Positions 53,741 through 64,000 of a DNA stretch of 64,000 nucleotides are shown piece by piece. The stretch's first letter is position 1. Each line of letters opens with the position of its first letter. The notes under the pieces were generated by a model, which was not told where the DNA came from, did no database searches, and saw nothing but the letters and a program-made list of their open reading frames with translations. The DNA comes from Octopus vulgaris (Eukaryota), in contig OX597819.1 in assembly GCA_951406725.2 (NCBI GenBank), positions 20,274,001 through 20,338,000 on the forward strand. Reading direction: 5' to 3'. Made by a program: the position numbers and the translations under genes.

Positions 53741-55907
53741 TATATACCTACATATATACATCACAGTAAAAATCACCTCAGACATATGATATTCCATATA
53801 TATTTTCTTACGCACACAGTTCGCCAAACGAGTAGAGAGCATTTTCAAGGAATACAGAGTAGAAAATTATATCATGATATCACCTGTAGAATTTTTAAAG
53901 GTTTTAAAATAAACCATTGTGTTAACTGTAATCCTTGCATAAAATGTAGAAAATATGTTCACTGACTGCCCAGGAAGCGAAACAATGGAAATATCATCAG
54001 AGAACGCATATAGATAACCAAAATAATGACACGAGCGATACCAGGGAAATTATGAAAACAATAAACAACTATATGTGGTGTGTACAGCTGCCTACATGAA
54101 AACTATGAACCAAGCAAATGCACATAGAACCGGTGAATGCAGAAATGATTAAAACCAAGAAAAGTGTATGATACCAGTGGTTAAAATCACTCGTTTGTGG
54201 AATATTCAAATTCTAATGAGCTAAGAAGACTGCAGAGGAACAACTCCACTGAATAAAAGATACGGATATTTCAACTGACTGGCTGACCGCTTCATAGGTG
54301 GGTACAGTCGCAATTACATGTAAAAAGCATAGCAGATCACACACCAAATAAAAAGAACCAAACCTAAGTCAAATGAAGAAGTACAAATTAATCAAAAATG
54401 AATATTTTCTTTCAACGGAACACGAAAGGAATCACACCCGATCATAAATAAAAATTAATGATACCCTCTAGAACAACGAAAATCACAAACCTCCTTATCA
54501 ATATCACATCACAATAATTTTCACCAGAGAAGCTATTTCCAAATGTCATATATATGACAGTAAACTGAAAGTTACAATCTTCTAGGACACCATCTTTTAT
54601 ATTGGTGATAGTATTACAAGGCTTTGTCTTAGTTTAAAATTCATTTACAAGGGAATTTCTCAAAACACTACACAACATACAAAAAAAAAAACATTTTGGA
54701 TTGGAAAATACGCGAGGATTATACTTAATGTGTAAAATTTTCGCACAAAAATAAGAGATTAATTTCACAAACCATAGTTAAGTTACAATGTAACGCCATA
54801 ACAAACAGGTAAAAAACATGCAAATCAAAACAAAACCTAACATGTCGCTATTGTCATGAAAACATAATAACCAAAGCTTTCTCTACGGCAAAGAAACCAA
54901 AAACCTGTTAATGTCTGCGCATTCTGATGTCACCTAATTATTAGGCAAAATCGGAATCAGTAAATTCACTGCTACACAGATTTGGGATCAATCAGAGTGT
55001 TTACATACACATATATTTATAGATATATATATCTTTATATCCCAATTAAAGTGTATTGTAAGAACGCTGAATACTACGGTATTCGCCTTGATATGTCTTC
55101 TCGTATAAACGCATTGTGCATAAAGTAAGAGACACATCTCGTAGACAGGAAGCGTCTGCAATAGACAGCAGAACACCTACATCGAGTGATTTCCGCTTAC
55201 TCTGCCTCTTCAGTGGCAGACATCTGGTGACAGCACACCAAGCAAATCTTGCTATCAACGACATAGAGAACAACAGAGATGTACCAATCACTAGAACAAT
55301 GCTAGAATGTCCGCTCAGTTTGCAATCTGTATGCGTAAAACCTTGTTGCCAAGGTATATTTTGTGATTGAAATACAATATAAAATAATACATTACGAACG
55401 CTAAATGTCAATCATTGTCAGACACTTGCGACTCAGTGGAATTGAACTTGTGTTGGTGTTTATTGACATTAACAGTACATGTCTATTGAATAGCTGGGAG
55501 TGGTAGCGGTGGTTTTTATTTTTATGCGGTACGTGTCCATAAAGGTGGCCTCCTAATAAATATAATATTTGTTTAAGATATAGATAATTTGCTAATCCTG
55601 ATATAATATCCCAGTGAACCAATAACAAATGGAAAGCATAAATGTAATTAAAAGAAATTTAATCTTATCACATCAGAATTCGTTAGTCAAATGTACTAGA
55701 CACACACACACACACACACGCACATACACACAGACACGCACGCACACACACACTCATATATATATATATATATACATTAATACGTATGTGCATTATACAC
55801 ACACGAACACATATTCAAACACACACACACACATTTATATATATAGATATGTATGTTTCTATGTATGTATGTGAGTATGTATATATACATGCATACATAT
55901 ATATATG

Positions 55908-55947
<40 letters not shown>

Positions 55948-56637
55948 CATTAATACGTATGTACATTATACAGGCATGAACAGATATTCAAACACACACA
56001 CACATAGATATACATTGAGAATGATATTTCCATAATGGTTTTCAGAGCGATGCCATCTAGCAGCGAATATCAATTTCATATAAGAAGACACTAATCAGTC
56101 TCGTAGACAATGAAGAGAAGGTGACGTTGGCAGAAATTACTTCTGACTTCGTTGTAAAACCAATATGACTCTGTAGAACCGTAGCTATCATTAAATCTGA
56201 CATATTCCATCATGTCTAATACGAGCGTTTCCTTTCCCAAATGTCTTAATTATTACATTTATCAACGTATCAGCATATCGAAAGCTTTGGACCATCTATG
56301 CAGGGGTGAGTGAGGTTAACAGACTTGATCAATTATGACTTTTCTGCGGGTTGCTGTAAAAAGTCGTCGCCTTGGTAACACTGTTTTTATAATTGAATAT
56401 AATATATATAAATAGTATTTATCGAAATTGTGGATATCTTTTAATCTTACTTCTTTTTTTCTTTTTCATTTTCCTTCGCCTTCTTCAATTTCCGTTATGC
56501 ACACACACACACAAACACACACACACACACACACATACATACCTATATACATACGCGCAAACACAAACACACACACAAATAAGCACATAATTACATACCT
56601 ATATACATACACGCATACATACAAATGCATATACATG

Positions 56638-56720
<83 letters not shown>

Positions 56721-57621
56721 GCATAGAGGCAGACATACATTTATACATATAGACATATACAGATTTATGCAAGCATAAATCTGATTATGTGAAAGTTTGT
56801 ATGTATATATAAATATATAAGCATGCACATGTACATATGTCTATCATCATCATCATCATTATCATCATCATCATCAATCCCGTTATCATAATCATTGGCG
56901 GTCAAGTCATGCGAAAGCATTTGTATCGCACTAAAGTTTGACCATATTCATAATCATCGAAGCCCTCTTAGGTTTTCTTACGAGATAAAAACCCTGCTCT
57001 TGATATGAGTTCGTAGACAACAAAGGGAGTTATGTTGAGAAACATTTATTTATTTGCATGCACTCTATGCTTTTTTAATCAACATGGCTACGAATACCGA
57101 CAGACATAGTATGTAAGTGACTTTGCAATAGCGAAAGAATAGATTCAAAGAATATGAAACGTTAAGCAAACAACTGAATGGACGAAAAGAAAGAAAGAAA
57201 TGAATATTTAAATGAATGATGCCAAATAGGGACTTCAACAATTTCAAAAAATAAGGATTTCAACAATTTCAAAAAATAGGGATTTTCACTCAACACGGCT
57301 CCAATGTCAACCTTGTAGTGAACATATCATATTTGCTCGTAAACATTTCATACACGCTTCTAAATGAAAGAGATTCGAATGCAGACCAAAATAGATTAGA
57401 GCGTGTCCCTCTCGTGGTTTTGTGATGAAATTACGGCGTGCTCAACTTCGCATTTTATACGTTTGCATTCGATAAAATTAGGACCAGCTGCACACTGCTG
57501 ACCATATAATGGACTTAGTCCACTCACCTAAAGCAATTAGGCACAGTGGATTGTTTTTGTTTTTGTTCATATACTTAACACAGATTACACTGTTGGAAAA
57601 CAAAAATCCCTAACATCATTT

Positions 57622-58075
57622 ATCTTTTATTTGTTTCAGTCGTTTGACTGCGGCCATGCTGGGGCACCGCCTTTAGTCGAGCAAATCGACCCCAGGACTT
57701 ATTCTTCGTAAGCCTAGTCCTTATTCTTGCTGAACCGCTAAGTGACGGGGACGTAAACAGACCACCATCGGTTGTTAACTGATGTTGGGGAGACAAACAA
57801 AGACACACAGACATATACATACATACATACATACATACATACATACATACATACATACACACATATATACATACATGCATACATACATACATACATACAT
57901 ACTTACATACATACGACAGACTTCTTTCAGTTTCCGTCTACCAAATCCACTCACAAGGCTTTCATTGGCCCGAGGCTATAGTAGAAGACACTTGCCCAAG
58001 GTGCCACGCAGTGGGACTGAATCCAGAACTATATGGTTGGTAAGGAAGGTACTTATCACACAGCCACTCCTGTTA
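57622..58075 (-). mobile_element. SINE family A with internal (CATA)n
   Basis: Reverse complement is collinear with 47808-48272. Confidence 0.88.
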
Positions 58076-58339
58076 CTATAGAGAAAGAATAGGTCACAGT
58101 ACCTGCACGACATCGTGAACTATATTTGCCACTTAACTGTGGATAGCCCTTAAGGGTGGATGCAACTGTAGCTTGTAGCCCCAGAAGGACACCTCCTCCA
58201 ACTGGCTATTCACACACTTTCTGTGCCCTATCAGTATGTGCAAAGGGAAGTCATCCTTCCCATCTTCAACCTGACGTGATACACACGGAACCGGGTTTCT
58301 AGTAGGTATTGACCCGTCATCAGCGTGTGACAATCATCG

Positions 58340-58552
58340 GGACACAATATGTAAAATTAGATGCCAACAAACCTCCTAAGCATCTGAGCTGTCCTTAATT
58401 ACACTGTTTTCTTCAGGTATACTATACTGCGTTTTATGCCTATTTCCTCTATCCATCTGCTCAAATATATAGAGATAGTGGCTAATATTGGGATACATTT
58501 TACCAGCACATTCCATTGTCTCTTCAAATCAATTACCAGATTCTATTACTTT
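58340..58552 (-). mobile_element. Degenerate R4-type RLE C-terminal fragment
   Basis: Minus strand reads ..DLKRQWNVLVKCIPI..WIEEIGIKRSIVYLKKTV*LRTAQMLRRFVGI*. Confidence 0.65.
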
Positions 58553-58585
58553 GCTATTTTTTCTGCACCTCTCATATTGATTTTT

Positions 58586-59460
58586 TCCGATCCGGCCAGC
58601 CCCAAGGAAAAACTAAGCTATGTGCATTAGATTTCTTGGGAGAAGGATTTAATGTATATGAAACAGGGACAGAAAAACGGATGATGCCACACGAATATAA
58701 AATACAAAAAACAATAATGGTAAAAACAGGACAAAAACAGGGGACGTCTTACGACTAATAAACAGTAAAAGTTTAGCTGGCGTATTTGGAAAAAATGCCT
58801 TTATTGGCAGACGAAGACAACGATGTTCTCACGGCGGTGGTCGGAGGCCAAAAAGGCTGATTTGACTAGCGGTCACGGGAGAGAAGAGAGAGAAAAGAAA
58901 GGGGGCAAAGGAAACAAAGAGAGAGGGAAAAAGAGGGACGAAGCCGACAAAGGAGGGGAAGAGAGAGAAAGAAGGATTTAAAAAGGGGAGAAGAAAGAGT
59001 GCGTGCCAAGGATTGGCTTGTGAGTGCAAAGTGAGAAAGACAGAGAAATGTGAGAGAATGGGGGAAGAGTAGACCAAAGAATCAGAGGCAAGAAAAGAGA
59101 AAAGGAGAAGTAGAGAGAGAGAGAGAAAGAGAGAAGGGGACAGATCGGAGTAGAGTGCAAAGTGTGAGTGGCAGAGAAATGTAGGAGAGAGAGACAGTGT
59201 GTAGAGACGTACCAAATTTACAGGAATATATACTTACATAATGCCAACAAGGGTACGGGCGACGCTATATATATTATATGTAGAAAAATACAACCTGAGA
59301 CAAGAACGTAAAACATTTAGAAGACGATACGAAAAACACGGACGGGACATTTGAAGCCTTCAATCTTCAGTCAAGAACCGGATCATCCTAGCAATTTCGG
59401 CAGATTAATTTTGAGATCGCTCCGATCCGGCCAGCCCCAAGGAAAAACTAAGCTACGAGC
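58586..59460. mobile_element. Element with a ~35-bp terminal direct repeat and purine-rich core (possible PLE partial tandem)
   Basis: TCCGATCCGGCCAGCCCCAAGGAAAAACTAAGCTA at 58586-58620 and 59421-59455; GA-rich 58870-59215. Confidence 0.5.
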
Positions 59461-60063
59461 ATTGTGTGTGTATATACGTGTCGGTTAGCGTGTGTTCCGC
59501 TAGCTGCATACACCTTGTCTAAAGTTATTTTGGAATAAGCATGCTGATTCATCATACAAGGTAACACGATTGTATGTAGCTGAGTTTAGAGTAGATTCTC
59601 AGCTGATTCATGAAAGAAGTGTAATCTAACATTGAATATACAGGTTAAAATACGGATCGTTAAAATAGACAGGCGGACGTTGCCGAACGCCGTATAAAAG
59701 ATGTGACGAAGATGTGCGAAGAATAATCCTTTCAAACGAGGATAGGTTTTGTTAATGATTCATTCGTAGATTCTTGTACAGCAAGGAAATTCCAGCACTC
59801 CTAGATTGACAAGTTGAAGTGTATTGATGAGCTACATGTAGTATTAACTTCGCTAACCGGAGAGAAACTTTCGCTAAATGAGAGCGCAGATACTTCCAGT
59901 TACTAACACCGAGGAAGTTTGCCGTGATTAAACGAAACTTGTTTTGGGTAGAATAAATAACAGGGAATTTATTAGTCAATATAATTAGCGTCATAGATGA
60001 ATATGATCTAAAATATTGCCATAGATTCAGTAAATCAAAAGAATACTAACATGTAGTCATGCT

Positions 60064-60460
60064 AAGGCGGCGAACTGGGAGAAACGGTAGCACGCCGGGC
60101 GAAACGCGTAGCCGTATTTCGTCTGCCGTTACGTTCTGAGTTCAAATTCCACCGAGGTCGAATTGCCTTTCATTCTTTCGGGGTCGATAAATTAAGTACC
60201 AGTTACGCACTGGGGTCGATGTAATCGTCTTAATCCGTTTGTCTGTCCTTGTTTGTCCTCTCTGTGTTTAGTCCCTTGTGGGTGGTAAAAAAATAGGTAT
60301 TCTGTCTGTCTTTACGTTCTGAGTTCAAATTCCACCGAGATCGATTTTGCCTTTCATACTTCGGGATCGATATATTAACTACCAGTTGTGTATTGGGGTT
60401 GATATAATCGACTGGCCTGTTCACCAAATATTTCGGGTCTTCAGCCTACATTAGAAAAGA
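60064..60460 (+). mobile_element. SINE family C plus a tandem partial second unit
   Basis: Full unit 60064-60295, then a repeat from ggtatt..ctgtctttacgttctgagttcaaattcc with a different tail. Confidence 0.88.
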
Positions 60461-60929
60461 ACATATAGCCATGCTTGAGTATAAAAATTAATGTTTACAT
60501 GCATGTGCCTCGTCTGTCATCTGTCTGTCTAAGAAGAAGAAGAAGAAGAAGAAAAAGAAGGAGGAGGAGGATAAATATGGACTATTGATTTGAAACCTCC
60601 TACTTCTATATCGCGATTAGAAGTGCATATTTGTAATCATAATTGGTGAATTTGGTTTTAGGATTAAATGATTATGTGATAATCTAGATCAGTTAGGGTT
60701 CTCAAAAACCAGCCAGCTAGCCAACCAACCGACCAAATGACTTGCTCATTACAATATAATCAGTAACTGAAACAGTAAATATATGTAAAACTTTTTCTCA
60801 ACTTTGAAGTGTGACGTGGTTTTTGTCATCTCCGTTCCAACAATGGAACTTTGCATCTAAAGAGCAAGAATTTAATTAATTGAAAGCAGAAGGGAAAATG
60901 CATACATACACAGAAATCGGTCATTCAAA

Positions 60930-61148
60930 ATGTGACCGCATGTGTACCGTTGGCGATTTTTTTTTCTCCGTCTTCCCTTCGTTGGATTTTTCCTTTTCCT
61001 ATATTTCTGACGAAGAGCTCCCGCTCGAAACGTTAAACACTCCTTCTTTCCTTATTTCCTGAGCGTCTAATAATACTATACTTGTTCCACGTCCTCGCGT
61101 TATTGGGTTTTCTCTTTGTGTTTTCATGTCCGGATTGTCTATATATAT
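60930..61148 (+). mobile_element. Probable PLE 3'-terminal fragment with hammerhead
   Basis: HHR followed by ttcctgagcgtctaataatac and a T-rich tail ending in TATATATA; related to 34740-34888. Confidence 0.55.
61002..61039 (+). ncRNA. Minimal type-I hammerhead ribozyme motif
   Basis: TATTT CTGACGA(61007-13) A GAGC-TCCC-GCTC GAAA(61027-30) C GTT AAACA; palindromic ACGT stem III, GUU site. Confidence 0.75.
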
Positions 61149-61185
61149 GACTAAAAGGGAAAATGGAATGGGAGGGTGAGTGAGC

Positions 61186-61232
<47 letters not shown>

Positions 61233-61413
61233 AGGAGCGAGAAAAACGGTGTAAAAGTGTATGTAGAGATGTATGTGATTGTGTGATAATTCCGTTAGAA
61301 AGGATATATAGGTAACAAGTGAAGCAAATGATATTAAAGACCGTCTTGTCGTCGAATTTAATCTTTGCATTATTTACGCTTGACGGATATTTGTCCTCAT
61401 CTTCTTTGTTGTT

Positions 61414-61459
61414 GACACAACGTTTCAGCTAATATACCCTCCAGCATTCATCAGATGTC
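61414..61459 (-). ncRNA. Minimal type-I hammerhead ribozyme motif
   Basis: Minus strand GACAT CTGATGA AT GCTGG-AGGGTATA-TTAGC T GAAA C GTT GTGTC; 5-bp stem I, 5-bp stem II with G-U pairs, ACGT stem III. Confidence 0.75.
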
Positions 61460-61567
61460 TTGGGGAAATTTCGATGTTATTATTATTATTATTATTATTA
61501 TTATAATAATTATTATAATAATAATAATTATTATTATTATTATAATTAGTATTATTATTATTATTAT

Positions 61568-63306
61568 TCTATGTTTGACTTTTGCTTTATGTCTGTACAA
61601 GTTGGCTCCAAGTCTCACCAAGAGACCTCAAGAGACAACAGGTTAGAAGTTCTGTGCCATGTATTTGGTTTTTTTTTTTTTTTTTGGTGTTGTACTAGTG
61701 AATGTCTAATACATAAAAATAAAAAAATAAACAAAAAAAATTAAAATAAATAAAAATTTTAAAAATTAAAAAAAAAGTTTGTTTTAAACCTTGGGATTAA
61801 ATAGAGAGTATTTTGCGTAGGATATGAGCAGTTCCCATGAGCACTATCTTTTGAATTTCTGCCATTTTGGGGTTTCCTGGTATCTGAGTTAGGTAGCAAT
61901 CAGTCCCTTTCGCTATCATTCCCAGGGCACCTATGACAACAGGTATTGTTTTAGTCTTCAGCTTCCACATTTTGCTGATTTCTATTTCAAGATCTTTATA
62001 TTTGCTCAGTTTTTGGTAGGTCTTGACAGATACGTTTATATCGATTGGGACAGTCATATCAATGAGGAGGCATGTTCTTTGTCTGCAGTCTTTCAATATG
62101 ATGTCTGGTCTATTTGCATCTATCTTCCTGTCAGTTTGAATGGTGAAGTTCCAGAGGAGTGAGATGTGGTCATTTTCAAGCACAGGAGGTGGATTGTGTT
62201 CCCACCAGTTTTTTTCATGGGGCAAATCCAGGTTTTTGCAAATTACCCAGTGAATATATTGTGCTGCTCCATCATGCCTACTGAGGTACTCTGTAGGCGC
62301 TAGAAGACTGCATTTGGTACAACATGGTCAATGGTTTCATTTTGTTGTCGGCATACACGACATGTTGGGCTACTGCCGTTCTTTAATATGTTGGCCTGGT
62401 AGTTTCTTGTTGGTAGGCATTGATCTTGAGCTGCTATGATAAACCCCTCTGTTTCAGATTTTAAGCCAGAGGCCATTAGCCATTGATGGGTCAGGGCTTT
62501 GTCGCTCTCTTTGGGTATTTGCCATAGAGAGGTTTTTCTTGCCATTTATTATTCAGAATATCTAAGGCCGCAGTTTTGGGACGGGTTTTCATGCGCCTAG
62601 CTTTTTCTGTGTTTGTTTCTTGTATGTCTATCTCTAATTCCGAAATTGGTTGTATTCGAAATTCACTTAGATATTCCTTTGTCTGTTTTGTGACTGAGTA
62701 TGATGCTTTCTTGTTTTCATGTTTTGAGACAAGTTTTAACATCCAGTCCTCAGAGTTTTTCAGGTAGGTGTCTAGGCCAATTGTAGCAATCTTCATTGTT
62801 ATTGCCAGTTGCAAAAGACCACGGCCTCCTCTTTTCTTGGCAGATAGAGTCGTTCTGTATCTGCCTTAGGGTGCTGCATTCTATGCATTGTCAACAGTTT
62901 CCTTATTTTTCTGTCGAGCTGACATATTTCAGTAATTGACCAGTTAACAATATTGAAACTGTAAGTCATGACTGGTATGGCTAATGCATTGATCGCTTGG
63001 ATCCTGTTTCTTGCATTCAGCTCTGTCTTGAGTATTGCTCTCACTCTTCGATAGCATTCTCTCCTGATTCTTTCCTTCATCTCTGAATGCCTTATTCCGT
63101 TCCCTTCAATTACCCCTAGGTACTTGTAGCTCTCCGCTGGGTCTAGTTCTTTTATGACATTCTGCTGGTCAAGGTTAACGTTAGATGTTTCTGTCATTTT
63201 TCCTTTGATAAAGGTAGCCTTTGCACATTTATCGAGGCCGAATTGCATTCTGATGTCGTCACTGAATTGTTTGACTATCGCTAGTAAGCCCTTGAGTTGT
63301 TGGTCA
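61568..63306 (-). mobile_element. 5'-truncated R4/Dong-type LINE family X (RT end, CCHC, RLE, 3' UTR), frameshifted
   Basis: ORFs 62799..63248 (QFGLDKC, YKYLG, HPKADTERLY), 62300..62545 (AAQDQ, CRVC..H), 61797..62225 (RPDIIL..LIDMTVP..KY); (TAA)n on both sides on the sense strand. Confidence 0.95.
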
Positions 63307-63328
63307 ATATTATTATTATTATTATTAT

Positions 63329-64000
63329 TCAGTAGTTTTATTTTTATAGCGTGCTTTCACTTCACTACCGAGCGCAGCTCTGTGTGCCTTGGGTATGTGC
63401 TGTGATTTGTTGTGATGCTCTGATGGTTATTGTATGGAAAGTGTTCTGCGTAGGATGTGTGCAGTGCCTAGTAGTGCAATTTTCTGTATGTTATATGTGT
63501 TTGTAAGTCCTGGTGTTTTTGTTATGTATTTGTCTGAATATTTTTTTATCATGCCTAATGCACCTACTATGATAGGAATTGTTTCTGTTTTTAGATTCCA
63601 CATTCTGGCTACCTCTATTTCCAAGTCTTTGTATTTTGAGAGTTTCTCCATTTCTTTTAGAGACACGTTGTCATCTGCCGGTATTGATACATCAATTAGA
63701 AAGCATTTTTTTCTTCATAATCTCTGACAACTATATCTGGTCTGTTGGCCTTAATTTCTCTATCTGTGTGTATCGGCATATCCCAGAGTATGGTTGCTTT
63801 CTCGTTTTCTGTGACCTTTTCTGGTGTGTGCCTATACCATCTTTTTTCTGTTGTTATTCCATTTTTTCTGTTGTTATTACATTTTTTTCTGTTGTTATTC
63901 CATTTTTTTCTGTTGTTATTCCATTTATTTTCTGTTGTTATTCCATTTTTTCTGTTGTTATTCCATTTATTTTCTGTTGTTATTCCATTTATTCTGTTGT
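63329..64000 (-). mobile_element. R4-type LINE family Z 3' part (RLE + 3' UTR), running off the window
   Basis: ORF 63427..63666 KLSKYKDLEIEV..IPIIVGALG..LGTAHILRR; upstream NRPDIVV and TILWDMPIHTDR. Confidence 0.9.
63842..64000. repeat. ~20-bp tandem repeat (TTTTTTCTGTTGTTATTCCA) x8, amplified from R4 coding sequence
   Basis: Direct reading; the unit corresponds to the GITTEK codons preceding RWYRH. Confidence 0.92.

Larger units (their letters stand above)
52630..54450 (+). mobile_element. Highly degenerate Penelope-like element coding remnant, interrupted by a SINE C
   Basis: Fragments translate as EVIDLLSHAPKF (cf. L.KGPKF) and KALHMLKDNIIINPGKSNLFVITDRDDY (cf. I.PADKG..V..D..DY before PLE RT); Cys-rich linker CVNCNPCIKC near 53915-53950. 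Confidence 0.5.

Noticed and set aside
54900-55370. Non-repetitive, more GC-balanced stretch as a host exon or promoter (ORFs 55046..55411, 55116..55370)
   Set aside because: No recognisable domain or convincing splice-site pair; cannot be supported without RNA data.

Overview
AT-rich eukaryotic DNA, dense in microsatellites. The SINE and LINE repertoire looks like an octopus (coleoid cephalopod) intron or intergenic region; this is inferred from repeat style, not from a search. No intact host protein-coding gene can be supported, and most ORFs in the track are read-throughs of simple repeats. The window holds: (i) many fragments of R4/Dong-type RLE non-LTR retrotransposons stacked in (TAA)n tracts, all in one orientation relative to the repeat; (ii) at least four tRNA-derived SINE families; (iii) two non-autonomous Helitrons and a TIR element with an 8-bp TSD; (iv) Penelope-like element (PLE) remnants, mostly in or beside (TA)n tracts. 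The strongest signal is a set of minimal type-I hammerhead ribozyme motifs at 740, 4247/6824, 34763, 61002 and 61414, plus a half motif at 13083. Several sit in fold-back structures, the largest being a 2.7-kb near-perfect head-to-head PLE palindrome (4221-6901) with a templated, stuttered junction. Two further hairpins are unexplained: a perfect palindrome with 130-bp arms (15226-15489) and an imperfect one of about 260 nt (36880-37138).
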